Shown here piece by piece: positions 1-8,882 of a stretch of DNA of 64,000 nucleotides. The notes under the pieces are model-generated. The model had not been told where the DNA came from. It worked only from the letters and a program-made list of their open reading frames with translations, and ran no database searches. The DNA comes from an uncultured bacterium. Its GTDB lineage: Bacteria > Oederibacteriota > Muellerivitia > Muellerivitales > Muellerivitaceae. Both the position numbers and the translations under genes were made by a program. The DNA is taken from assembly GCA_964525605.1 (NCBI GenBank), contig CAZGKT010000005.1:9122-73121 (forward strand), in the 5' to 3' direction. Numbering within the stretch: the stretch's first letter is position 1; every line of letters begins with the position of its first letter.

Positions 1-1553
1 ATCGCAGCGCGGTGACCGGGGGAACCCGGGTCATCTCCGACTGGCTGATCGTTCGGGTGTCTTCTGATCCCGGCGAATCATTCCTGGATCGCATGATTTC
101 GATGGTGGAGGGCGCCAAGCGGCAGAAAACCCCTAATGAAATCGCTTTGAACATACTCTTGGCGGCCCTGACCATCGTGTTCCTTATCGTTTGCGCGACC
201 CTGCTCCCCTATTCCATCTACAGCGTCGCTGTATCCGGGGCGGGGACGGTGGTCACCGTGACGGTTCTGGTGGCGTTATTTGTTTGCCTAGCCCCCACGA
301 CCATCGGCGGGCTTCTGTCCGCCATCGGCATCGCGGGCATGGACCGTATGATCCAAGCCAATGTGATTGCCATGTCGGGTCGTGCCGTCGAGGCCGCGGG
401 CGATGTGGATATGCTCCTTCTCGATAAGACAGGAACTATTACTTTGGGCAACCGTCAGGCGACCGAATTAATTCCCGCTTCCGACGTGGACGTCAAGGAT
501 CTGGCCGAGGCGGCCCAGTTGGCTTCTCTGGCGGATGAGACACCCGAAGGGCGAAGCATTGTGGTTTTGGCTAAGGAAAAGTATGGCTTACGGGGCAAGC
601 TCATCGAGAACCTCAACGCGACTTTCGTATCCTTTACGGCCCAAACCCGCATGAGCGGGGTGGATATCGGAAAACGTACGATCCGCAAGGGTGCCGCCGA
701 ATCCATTGAAAACTTTGTAAAGGAACAGGGGGGGAAATACCCCGAGGATGTGCGCAAGGGTGTCGATTCCATTTCCCGCCTGGGCGGTACGCCCCTGGTG
801 GTAGCCGAGGGTAAAAAGGTTTTGGGCGTCATCCATTTGAAAGACATCGTGAAGGGCGGCATCCAGGAGCGTTTCGCTGAGCTTCGTCGCATGGGCATTA
901 AGACCGTCATGATTACGGGCGACAACCCCCTGACCGCCGCGGCTATCGCGGCGGAAGCGGGCGTAGACGACTTTTTAGCGCAAGCCACCCCTGAAACCAA
1001 ACTGAAACTCATCCGCGAGTCCCAGGCGGGAGGCAGGCTGGTGGCTATGGCGGGGGACGGCACCAACGACGCACCGGCCCTGGCCCAAGCCGACGTGGCG
1101 GTCGCCATGAACACCGGCACCCAGGCCGCCAAGGAAGCGGGCAACATGGTGGATCTGGATTCCAACCCCACTAAGTTGATCGAGGTGGTCAAGATCGGCA
1201 AACAACTCTTGATGACCCGGGGGTCCTTGACCACCTTCAGCATCGCCAACGATGTGGCCAAGTATTTCGCCATCATTCCGGCGGCCTTCGCCCTGACTTA
1301 CCCCGAATTGGACGCCTTGAACATCATGCACCTGCATAGTTCCCAATCGGCCATCCTTTCCGCGGTCATCTTCAACGCGGTCATCATCGTGTTTCTGGTG
1401 CCCCTGGCCCTCAAAGGAGTCACCTATAGGCCGGCTCCGGCTTCCCTTCTGCTTTGGAACAATTTTCTGATCTATGGCATCGGGGGGCTGATCGTACCCT
1501 TCATCGGCATCAAACTGATCGACATGATTTTGGTTGGCTTGGGACTGGTTTAA
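1..1553 (+). CDS. kdpB: Potassium-transporting P-type ATPase subunit B, 5' truncated by the window edge
   Basis: P-type ATPase motifs ([27 protein letters not shown]) and a KdpB-like C-terminal membrane region. Followed 18 bp later by kdpC. Confidence 0.9.
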   Translation, partial: RSAVTGGTRVISDWLIVRVSSDPGESFLDRMISMVEGAKRQKTPNEIALNILLAALTIVFLIVCATLLPYSIYSVAVSGAGTVVTVTVLVALFVCLAPTTIGGLLSAIGIAGMDRMIQANVIAMSGRAVEAAGDVDMLLLDKTGTITLGNRQATELIPASDVDVKDLAEAAQLASLADETPEGRSIVVLAKEKYGLRGKLIENLNATFVSFTAQTRMSGVDIGKRTIRKGAAESIENFVKEQGGKYPEDVRKGVDSISRLGGTPLVVAEGKKVLGVIHLKDIVKGGIQERFAELRRMGIKTVMITGDNPLTAAAIAAEAGVDDFLAQATPETKLKLIRESQAGGRLVAMAGDGTNDAPALAQADVAVAMNTGTQAAKEAGNMVDLDSNPTKLIEVVKIGKQLLMTRGSLTTFSIANDVAKYFAIIPAAFALTYPELDALNIMHLHSSQSAILSAVIFNAVIIVFLVPLALKGVTYRPAPASLLLWNNFLIYGIGGLIVPFIGIKLIDMILVGLGLV

Positions 1554-1571
1554 CAATTTTAGGAGGATTTC

Positions 1572-2159
1572 ATGTTTAAAGAATTAGTGAAAGAAACGAA
1601 AAATTCGATCCTATTCGTGGCTGTGTTCACGGTCCTGGTGGGTTTGATCTATCCCGCTGTCGTAACCCTGTTCGGCCAAATCTTGTTTCCCCATCAGGCC
1701 GGGGGAAGTTTGATTGTGGTAAAAGGTAAGACCGTGGGTTCGGAACTCATCGGTCAGCCCTTCGATGACGTGAAATATTTCTGGGGCAGGCCCAGTGCCA
1801 CCTCGCCCCAGGCCTATAACGCCGCCAGTTCGGGCGGTTCCAATTCGGGCCCCACCAATCCCGATTTCATCAACACGGTCAAGGGTCGAGTGGATGCCCT
1901 CCGGAAAGCCCATCCGGATATGGCGGATGCCCCGGTGCCCATGGATCTCGTTACGGCCTCCGGATCAGGATTGGACCCTCATATCAGTCCCGCCGCGGCC
2001 GAATACCAGGTAACTCGGGTGGCCAAGGCTCGTGGGTTGGATGTTCAAAAGGTGAGGGATCTGGTGGACCAAAACACGCAGGGCCGCTGGCTGGGATTCA
2101 TTGGAGATCCGGGAGTGAACGTGTTGAAGCTGAATCTGGCTTTGGATTCCATGAAATAA
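1572..2159 (+). CDS. kdpC: Potassium-transporting ATPase subunit C
   Basis: 195 aa with a KdpC-like N-terminal TM helix and the conserved '[11 protein letters not shown]' region. Operon position after kdpB; GGAGG ribosome-binding site upstream. Confidence 0.85.
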   Translation: MFKELVKETKNSILFVAVFTVLVGLIYPAVVTLFGQILFPHQAGGSLIVVKGKTVGSELIGQPFDDVKYFWGRPSATSPQAYNAASSGGSNSGPTNPDFINTVKGRVDALRKAHPDMADAPVPMDLVTASGSGLDPHISPAAAEYQVTRVAKARGLDVQKVRDLVDQNTQGRWLGFIGDPGVNVLKLNLALDSMK

Positions 2160-2360
2160 GGACTAGAATTTTTTGTTGTTAGAAGAAACTTTGGGGCATT
2201 TTGCACCCAAGGGCGCTGCGCGTTGAATTCAGCTGAAATACCACAAACGTTTCCATCTTGCGTTAATGTGGTTGTTAATGATGCGACTTCTTTCACAAGG
2301 CCTCGTCCTTTCGGACGGTCCTTCCCGCATAAGCAGGCAATTAGAGTCAACGCTGGGTTT

Positions 2361-2852
2361 TCAAGTCGAACTACTCACGCCGCTTATGGAGACGGCGCTT
2401 TCGCTTTCGGATAATTTCCTTTTAACCAAACCTTTTTTGGGTGATCGCATGGCGGCTAATACCTTAACCAAAAGAGCAGAGAAGATATTTCTCTCCTCCA
2501 TGGTCAGGGGTGAAATCATGAAGTCGTCCACATTGGCATAGATATGACTGATTTCGGAAGCAATTTGGCGGCCCTTCTCCGACAAGGAAATCAGCCAGCA
2601 GCGGTGATCACTCGCATGGTCATTTTTTTGAATGAGACCCTGGCCCACCAGCGATTTAACTAACCGGTTCACGGATGCCGGGTCGGTGACGTTGGTGCGT
2701 GAAATGTCCGCCAATGAACATGATCCGCGGACGCTCACATGCCTTAACATTGCGGCTTGGTTCGGGGTAATTTCCAAACGTTTGAGATTCCGCCGGAATT
2801 CCCGATTTATTTTTTTGCGTATCAATTCCATTATTGCCAGCGAATTCACCAT
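2361..2852 (-). CDS. MarR-family transcriptional regulator
   Basis: 163 aa winged-HTH protein; 'LTPNQAAMLRHV...LADISRTNVTDPASVNRLVKSLVGQGLI...NDHASDHRCWLISLSEKG' matches the MarR fold pattern. Confidence 0.7.
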   Translation of the reverse strand: MVNSLAIMELIRKKINREFRRNLKRLEITPNQAAMLRHVSVRGSCSLADISRTNVTDPASVNRLVKSLVGQGLIQKNDHASDHRCWLISLSEKGRQIASEISHIYANVDDFMISPLTMEERNIFSALLVKVLAAMRSPKKGLVKRKLSESESAVSISGVSSST

Positions 2853-3079
2853 TTAACCGCCTCCTGTGGATTTCCCGACGTTCCAAAACGGTTTCCCGAT
2901 ACCTATTTGAGAAAGCCCGTGATAATTTTTTTAAATAAATTACCCTTTTTTTAAGGAACCTTGTCCGTCCTTTTAAGACTTGAAGGGATCGAAAGGGGGA
3001 AGGCCGTTTTCTTCCCCCTTCCCCTCCACGCTCTCCAAGGTCAATTTCACGTCTTAGATCTTTTCAGCCGGGTTTGAGG

Positions 3080-3589
3080 TTAGTTCGTGGTAATGTCCAG
3101 TTCAACCCGTCGGTTTTTCGACCGGTTATCCGCCGTGTCATTCGGAGCTACCGGTTCCATATCCCCTTTCCCGACTGCGCTCACATAATCCACTACGATC
3201 CCTTTTTTCACGAGTTCGAGCTTGATAGCGTCCGCCCGTCTTTGTGAAAGTTTTAGATTTCCGGCGGATGATCCGCTGTTATCGGTATATTCCAGGATGT
3301 TTACCAGATCTCCGGGATGATTTGCCAATACCGCCGCGATCCCATCGATCGTTTGAAGGCCTTCAGTACTCAACCGGGTGTGGCCTACCTTAAAGAGCAG
3401 GTCGCCGGCCAAATTGATCTTGAGTCCCTTCTCGGTCTGGGACACATCCCCCCAGGCGGAAAACGCCTTGACCTGTGGATTCACCGGGTTTTGATCCGCC
3501 GCGGTGGATTGAACCATTTTGCCGGTCGTGCCACATCCAGTTAAGGCGATGGCGCTTACCATTAACGGAATAAACCAATAGCTTCTCAT
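3080..3589 (-). CDS. OmpA-family lipoprotein (peptidoglycan-associated, Pal-like)
   Basis: Lipobox 'IALTGCG' after a signal peptide. C-terminal OmpA_C motif 'NLKLSQRRADAIKLELVKKG...NRSKNRRVEL'. A GGAGG ribosome-binding site precedes the internal ATG at 3589 (MRSYWF). Confidence 0.7.
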   Translation of the reverse strand: MRSYWFIPLMVSAIALTGCGTTGKMVQSTAADQNPVNPQVKAFSAWGDVSQTEKGLKINLAGDLLFKVGHTRLSTEGLQTIDGIAAVLANHPGDLVNILEYTDNSGSSAGNLKLSQRRADAIKLELVKKGIVVDYVSAVGKGDMEPVAPNDTADNRSKNRRVELDITTN

Positions 3590-3753
3590 TGAACTACCTC
3601 CTCGATTTTTATCCCTTCGCCCGCCTAAAACCTTTAAGCGGGGTTGAACCGGGTCCGATTCAGGGAGCTGACTTTCCGAACCCATCCGGGGATAGGGGGT
3701 GACCCTATCCCCCGACGGGTTCCCCGGGAAACCTCCCGGGCCCGTTTGGACTA

Positions 3754-3939
3754 TTATTTTTTGACCGTTGGGGTTGAACTGGCCTTCATGGCCTTTTTCT
3801 TTTTTTTCTTATGCGCCCCCTTATGTTTCATGGTCTTGGCGGTGGGAGTCTTGGCCGGGACGGTTTCTGCCGCGAATGCGGAACCGGACACCACCGCCAG
3901 GAACAAAACCGCCGCCAAAGAAGCGATCAATCTTTTCAT
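3754..3939 (-). CDS. Small secreted Lys-rich protein
   Basis: 61 aa with a signal peptide and a KKKKKK-rich tail. No recognisable family. Confidence 0.35.
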   Translation of the reverse strand: MKRLIASLAAVLFLAVVSGSAFAAETVPAKTPTAKTMKHKGAHKKKKKKAMKASSTPTVKK

Positions 3940-4132
3940 GACTTACTCCTTATTTTTAAAATGAACGGCAGGTGGGACCGCCCTTTAAGGGGCGGCCCCT
4001 TCCTCTTTCTTCTCAAACCGTCGTTTCCAAACTCCCCTCGGTAAAATGGCCGGGGTTGGATTAATCGCCCGGCTGGAGGAAGCCGGGCTTAGGCCCGGGG
4101 CTGCACCCGGGCCAGTTTTGGGAGGTGAGGGC

Positions 4133-4564
4133 TTAAAAATAATCAACCGGCAGTGTCTCCCTTGGTTTTGAATGGGGCACGAACCTGGGCGTGGCCGAAG
4201 CCAATTGCTTCGCCTGGTTGATATCTTCCATGGATATACCCGTCCGCACTTTTAAATCCTGACGCGGGTAAATCAAATCGGGGTCCTTGATCTCATCCCG
4301 GTTTGCCTTAAAGAGAAGAGGCCATTCGAAGGAATCGGAATAAATTCCGGGCCGACCGGCAATTTCCCACAAGTTGTCATGCCTCTTAACAACATAGTGA
4401 CTCAAGGCAATCAACTTTGGCTTTGCCGTGGGAGACTCCTCGTTCGCCATCGATTTTCCGGGAATATCCTCGCTTACAATTTTCTTACTGCTCCCGCAGC
4501 CGCATATGAGTACGGCCAAGAGTAAACAACCACCCCTGCGGATTATTTTTCTAGGGTTCAACAT
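4133..4564 (-). CDS. LysM-domain lipoprotein
   Basis: Signal peptide with lipobox 'LICGCG'. LysM-like segment 'HYVVKRHDNLWEIAGRPGIYSDSFEWPLLFKANRDEIKDPDLIYPRQDLKV'. Confidence 0.6.
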   Translation of the reverse strand: MLNPRKIIRRGGCLLLAVLICGCGSSKKIVSEDIPGKSMANEESPTAKPKLIALSHYVVKRHDNLWEIAGRPGIYSDSFEWPLLFKANRDEIKDPDLIYPRQDLKVRTGISMEDINQAKQLASATPRFVPHSKPRETLPVDYF

Positions 4565-4652
4565 GGCACTTCTCCTTTCGATTTATGAATTGCAACCTTT
4601 GAATCCTTTGTGTCCGCAACTTTCAACAAATATTCCCCATTCGTTTGTTAAC

Positions 4653-5090
4653 TCAACCCTTGGAAGGTTCCGCTTCCAAAGTCATTTTCCCTTCCGGAAG
4701 TGGGGAAGGTTTTTTCATGATAGGTTTGCTGCCCAAAAACAAAGTTGGGTTCTTCGCAGGGACATCCCCCGATCTAGATCCCAAAGGATTTGGAATAGTC
4801 CTTTTCCCGTTTTCATTCCGAAATTGGCCGTTGGCAGTCCCATTCAAAACCACAAAAGACGGTTTTTGAGACGAAACCTTTTGGGGCCAAACACCGGAAA
4901 TTAAAATCGTGTTTTTATGGGTTACTATCACGGAAAGTTGTTGAGAAGGCTGGAAATAGCCGCTAATCAACTTGAGGATTGGCTTATCCCAAGCAAGTAT
5001 TTCCAGTTTTTTCATGATCGTTCCTGAAAACCCGGAAACGATAATCAAAATGTAAACGCAGACACCCAGCCAAAATTCTTCGCGGCTCAT
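4653..5090 (-). CDS. Hypothetical membrane protein
   Basis: 145 aa with an N-terminal TM helix. No recognisable family. Confidence 0.3.
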   Translation of the reverse strand: MSREEFWLGVCVYILIIVSGFSGTIMKKLEILAWDKPILKLISGYFQPSQQLSVIVTHKNTILISGVWPQKVSSQKPSFVVLNGTANGQFRNENGKRTIPNPLGSRSGDVPAKNPTLFLGSKPIMKKPSPLPEGKMTLEAEPSKG

Positions 5091-5190
5091 AGATCCTCCA
5101 TTCGCGAGTTATTTCCGGGCGTGAAAAATCACGCGCGAATACCCACCGGGCCGAAACCAATCCCGGTTGGGGACTACACGAAAGGAATTT

Positions 5191-5517
5191 TTAGATTCTT
5201 AAAACGAGGTAAGTTTTTGGGGAGGAACTACCGGAGGCCAAAACAAGGTTCGAAAGGGTTTCCGGAGGAGAAGAAAACTTCTCCCGGGAAACACAAGGTG
5301 TCAGGGCCGTGAATTCAGGCGCCTCTTTTGCGATAGTTTGAAGGGTTACATGGGATGCGGAAAGATATTGGGAATCAACGGAAAAAGAATGGGATTGTTG
5401 CTGGCCGCTGGATTGAATGGACCCGTTGGTGGCGCAAACCACGACGGGCCGCATGGCGAACGCGGCCACCAAAGCCAGTAATAAAGCCCTCACAGGAATG
5501 TTAATCTTTTTAAACAT
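5191..5517 (-). CDS. Hypothetical secreted protein
   Basis: 108 aa with signal peptide MFKKINIPVRALLLALVAAFA. Confidence 0.3.
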   Translation of the reverse strand: MFKKINIPVRALLLALVAAFAMRPVVVCATNGSIQSSGQQQSHSFSVDSQYLSASHVTLQTIAKEAPEFTALTPCVSREKFSSPPETLSNLVLASGSSSPKTYLVLRI

Positions 5518-5835
5518 CGCCTCAGCCCCAATTCATTGGTTATGAGTCCTGTTAATTGCCATGGTTTTCCAAAGGTGTTTTCACCCTTCAATCACCTACA
5601 TTTATTTGACGAATCCATTCCCAAAAAAGTTGCTTCATGATCCAAATAGTTATGAAATTCATTGTGAAAATCAACGATCATTCAACCCTAAGACTTGGTC
5701 ACGGGAAAGGGATAAGAGGGAGAAAACCATGAAAAAAAGGAAATCAAGGTTTTCATCCTTTCGCGAAATGGTTAAGGGTCGCCAGGTTCTTTTCGGGAGG
5801 AGAAAATGAGCTTTAGGATCGAGGCCGGATAGCTT

Positions 5836-5917
5836 CCTGGGCCGCCTTCAATTCATTGGGGACCCGAGTGGAATGATGTTGAAACTGAATATGGTTTTGG
5901 ATTCCATTAAAAATTAA
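5836..5917 (+). pseudogene. Degenerate remnant of the kdpC 3' end
   Basis: DNA and translation parallel kdpC 2091-2159. Remnant frame reads 'FIGDPSGMMLKLNMVLDSIKN*' against kdpC '[20 protein letters not shown]'. A 10-nt insertion breaks the frame upstream. Confidence 0.6.
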
Positions 5918-5978
5918 ATAAGTAGATTCCACACGACTGAGACCCCCTTAGTAAAAGGGGGCTTATTCGGACTTCTGT

Positions 5979-7307
5979 TTATTGCTGGGTTGTCGGAAGA
6001 TTTCCCGAACTGGGGTCTGGAGCCGGTATGGTTCCGTCTCCCATGGCCGTGGTTTCCAGCGGATTGCCCTGGAGATCGAAGAAATTCACGGTTCCATCCG
6101 CGAGAGTCAAGTCAATCTCATAGGGCCCCCCGTCGCCTGGATCCACGAATAAAACCTTTTGAACCTTGGACGCCAGGTACATGGGTTTAAAAGCGGCGGG
6201 GACATTGGTGTCATATAAGAAGGCGTCCTGCTCGGTTCCTAAAATCTTGATCAGACGGGTGCTATCCGGGCTCACGATGGAAACGGGATTGGAGATGGCC
6301 GCCGTGGTCACTTCCACCTGATCGTTGGCCGAGTTGCAGGGAATGTACTGATCCCCGTTGTAAAAATACAGGTCGCCCACATGATAGGGATCCTGCCACC
6401 ACCACCAGCCTTCACTCCAAAAGCACCAGCGGTTGAAATCCGTGTCGTACCACCACCAGAGATCGCCATAACAGCGGGTCCAGAAGTAATTGTTTCCCGC
6501 GTACCATCCGTACCATTGATTTCCGGAAGTATCCAGGTAATGGCAATAATTGAAACTTTTCGTTTCATGCCAATAGTAGTGGTTTGGTTTAGTCTCGGTG
6601 AGATTCCATTGGTTGATGGCTTTGCGCCAATCGTCCTGATCGATCAAGGACATGGGGCCCCGGACCAACTGGTCGTTGTATTCCCGGGGTGAGAGGGCGG
6701 TGGCGGTAAGGAGTTGATGGCCGGGGCCTTTACGGGGGGTGCGGATAATGGAATGGGCCCGGTCATCGTCCAGCAATTGGGATCGTTTCGTCAGGGGATA
6801 GGGGATCTTGGCCACTCCAAGTTTTTGCAATTTTTTTCGAACGTATCCGGGCTGGTAAGGATGGTGCTGGTGCGGGGCGCGGCTTCTCAGGGCGGGAGCC
6901 TCATCGGCGGAGGAAGCGGGGCTGATCGTCAAGTCCGCGTTCGAGCTGGCAGCGAGATTTTGGGGTATGAATTCGGTTTGCAACTGCGGAGGGTTTTCCA
7001 GGGTATCCCAGGTGCCGCTGGGCTGGCTCACGTCGATTTCAACGGCCCGGTTACCGGTCCATTGATCAATCGGGGTGGAGGGGCGAACGGTACGGGGATT
7101 GGAAAAATTTGAACCGACAACGGGCCGGGACGGGGTCGCAGGCCGGGATTCGCTCTGGGGTTTGGCGTTATCTTCCGGTTGCGCGGTCGGAGTCGAGGTC
7201 GTTTTGCTCTCTGCCTTGGTTCGGGACCAGTCAACCTGCTGGGCCAGAAGGGAGCATGGAAAGGCCACCCACAAGAAGAGGGATAACCAAGATTTAAATT
7301 GTTTCAT
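5979..7307 (-). CDS. Secreted Trp/Tyr-rich protein, unknown function
   Basis: 442 aa with a signal peptide. The central ~70 aa carry >12 Trp ('WYGWYAGNNYFWTRCYGDLWWWYDTDFNRWCFWSEGWWWWQD'). Confidence 0.6.
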   Translation of the reverse strand: MKQFKSWLSLFLWVAFPCSLLAQQVDWSRTKAESKTTSTPTAQPEDNAKPQSESRPATPSRPVVGSNFSNPRTVRPSTPIDQWTGNRAVEIDVSQPSGTWDTLENPPQLQTEFIPQNLAASSNADLTISPASSADEAPALRSRAPHQHHPYQPGYVRKKLQKLGVAKIPYPLTKRSQLLDDDRAHSIIRTPRKGPGHQLLTATALSPREYNDQLVRGPMSLIDQDDWRKAINQWNLTETKPNHYYWHETKSFNYCHYLDTSGNQWYGWYAGNNYFWTRCYGDLWWWYDTDFNRWCFWSEGWWWWQDPYHVGDLYFYNGDQYIPCNSANDQVEVTTAAISNPVSIVSPDSTRLIKILGTEQDAFLYDTNVPAAFKPMYLASKVQKVLFVDPGDGGPYEIDLTLADGTVNFFDLQGNPLETTAMGDGTIPAPDPSSGNLPTTQQ

Positions 7308-7406
7308 ATTGATAGAGCCTTTCTCTTGGGTGTTCCAATATATATGAGATTAGGACGTAGCAAGGTCTCATTTCACCCCGTGCTCCAAAACGGGTTTTCG
7401 CCTCGT

Positions 7407-7814
7407 TTATTCCAATCCTATGGCTCTTTTCCATTCAGGGGTCGGGGCCATCAATTTTCGGGCCTTCAGGTCGAATAGGCCGACGACAAAGGTACCATCC
7501 GCCCCCAATTGGCCGTCTTCTTTGATCATTTCCTGGTAAATGTAACTGATCCTGCCCTTTTGTTCCTTGAGGGAGGTATGGATCCGGATCTTTTCCCGCA
7601 ATTTGATCTCGCGTCTGAACCGAATCTCGGCTTCTAAAAGCACCGGACCGTATTGAATTTGCTGAACCCGATCCGCCCCGAAACCCTGGGGGGTGATCCA
7701 TTCCCAACGGGCCTCCTCAAAGAGAACCATATAAGCGGCGTTGTTGACATGGCCGTAAGCATCCAGGTGTTGTTCCCGGATGAGGACTTCGTGGATGTGC
7801 ACGGGGGAGGGCAT
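7407..7814 (-). CDS. Acyl-CoA thioesterase, hotdog fold (4HBT/YbgC family)
   Basis: 'HVNNAAYMVLFEEARWEW' matches the 4HBT signature. Start taken at MPSPVHIH. Confidence 0.7.
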   Translation of the reverse strand: MPSPVHIHEVLIREQHLDAYGHVNNAAYMVLFEEARWEWITPQGFGADRVQQIQYGPVLLEAEIRFRREIKLREKIRIHTSLKEQKGRISYIYQEMIKEDGQLGADGTFVVGLFDLKARKLMAPTPEWKRAIGLE

Positions 7815-8694
7815 CAAATCACCTTTTTGGAAAATGGGATGGGGATGGCACAAGAAGGTTAAGTGGGTGGGTATCTCCCGTCAAGGCTTCGGTTGAACGT
7901 AAGGGCGAAAATCACGCCCTCCAAAACCGGATATTTACTGATTTTTTAATATCTTCCAACCCAATCATAATGAAATCCTTGTCGGCCTCAGACGTAAACT
8001 TCTCAAAATTCAGCCAAGGGAGGCAAACATGGATTCGGGTGTCTGGTCACTTGTGGCTCTGGGACTCATGCTGGCTTTGATTATTTATTACCTGGTTGGT
8101 TATTCCAAATAAACCAAAAGGTCTTTCGGTAAATGAAGTTTATTAGTGCCTTGGCCGTGTGATCTTGCCCGGCTTTAAATTATTGGTGGGAGAATTCTTT
8201 TTTACGACTGCAACTGACCCTGTGTGTTGCCCTTTATCAAGTCTGATTTGATCGAACTGCTGCTGAAAAGCATCCGCTTTCCTCGACCCGAGCCAAAATT
8301 CTTTTCAGGATTTTCTTGCCAACAGTTTTGATGAAGCATACCCCGGTGCATTCGGCTCGCTGGGGAAATTTCGAAGAGATGGTGTAATTGTTTCGCATTG
8401 AGTGGCACTTTTGCTAACAGTTTCTTAATGCTTTCCGCTTCCTTCCTAAGAGAATTCTAATCGATCCCTGACATATCATTCGCTTGCTTTTCAAAAACAT
8501 TCGTTCATAAAACCAGAAAGTGAACATTCATTTTCCTGGAAATCAGCTAGAGAGTTGTTTGGAAAATTAATTTTTTTGTTAATGATTCGTTAGGAATTGT
8601 TTGATTGAACAATTAATGTTCCGCGTCACACAAATTTGTTTCTTGTTCGTAAATTTTTGGTTTTGATTTTTAGGAAATGACGCGTTGTTAGGAT

Positions 8695-8710
8695 TGGCAC
8701 GAGGGTTGCT
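8695..8710 (+). promoter_or_regulatory. Sigma-54 (RpoN) -24/-12 promoter
   Basis: TGGCAC-gaggg-TTGCt matches the TGGCAC-N5-TTGCW consensus exactly. It lies ~170 nt upstream of the putative porin start and is flanked by GTTAGGA repeats. Confidence 0.55.
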
Positions 8711-8882
8711 TTAGTGAGTGCACGTGTTAGGAATCCGAACGGGTAAATTGGAGAACCGGACGGACTGAAGAAAAAGGATGGAGAAGTAAAAAGAGGAAGA
8801 CGCCTCCGATGTGAGAGACGGGGGTTGGTCGGGAGATGGATTCCTCGAAATTTACCCTGAGCGGGGAAAGGTGGGTTTTGAT

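Noticed and set aside
455-1556. Antisense ORFs inside kdpB (455-1276 and 975-1556, both minus strand)
   Set aside because: They overlap a clearly conserved P-type ATPase coding frame. High GC content produces long stop-free antisense frames.
2160-5850. Genomic island with an integrase at the kdpC 3' end
   Set aside because: An imperfect direct repeat of the kdpC end flanks the block, but no integrase or excisionase is present. It was therefore reported only as a rearrangement or insertion, not annotated as a mobile element.
8202-8408. 68-aa ORF in the large intergenic region
   Set aside because: No ribosome-binding site or family. The region looks regulatory.
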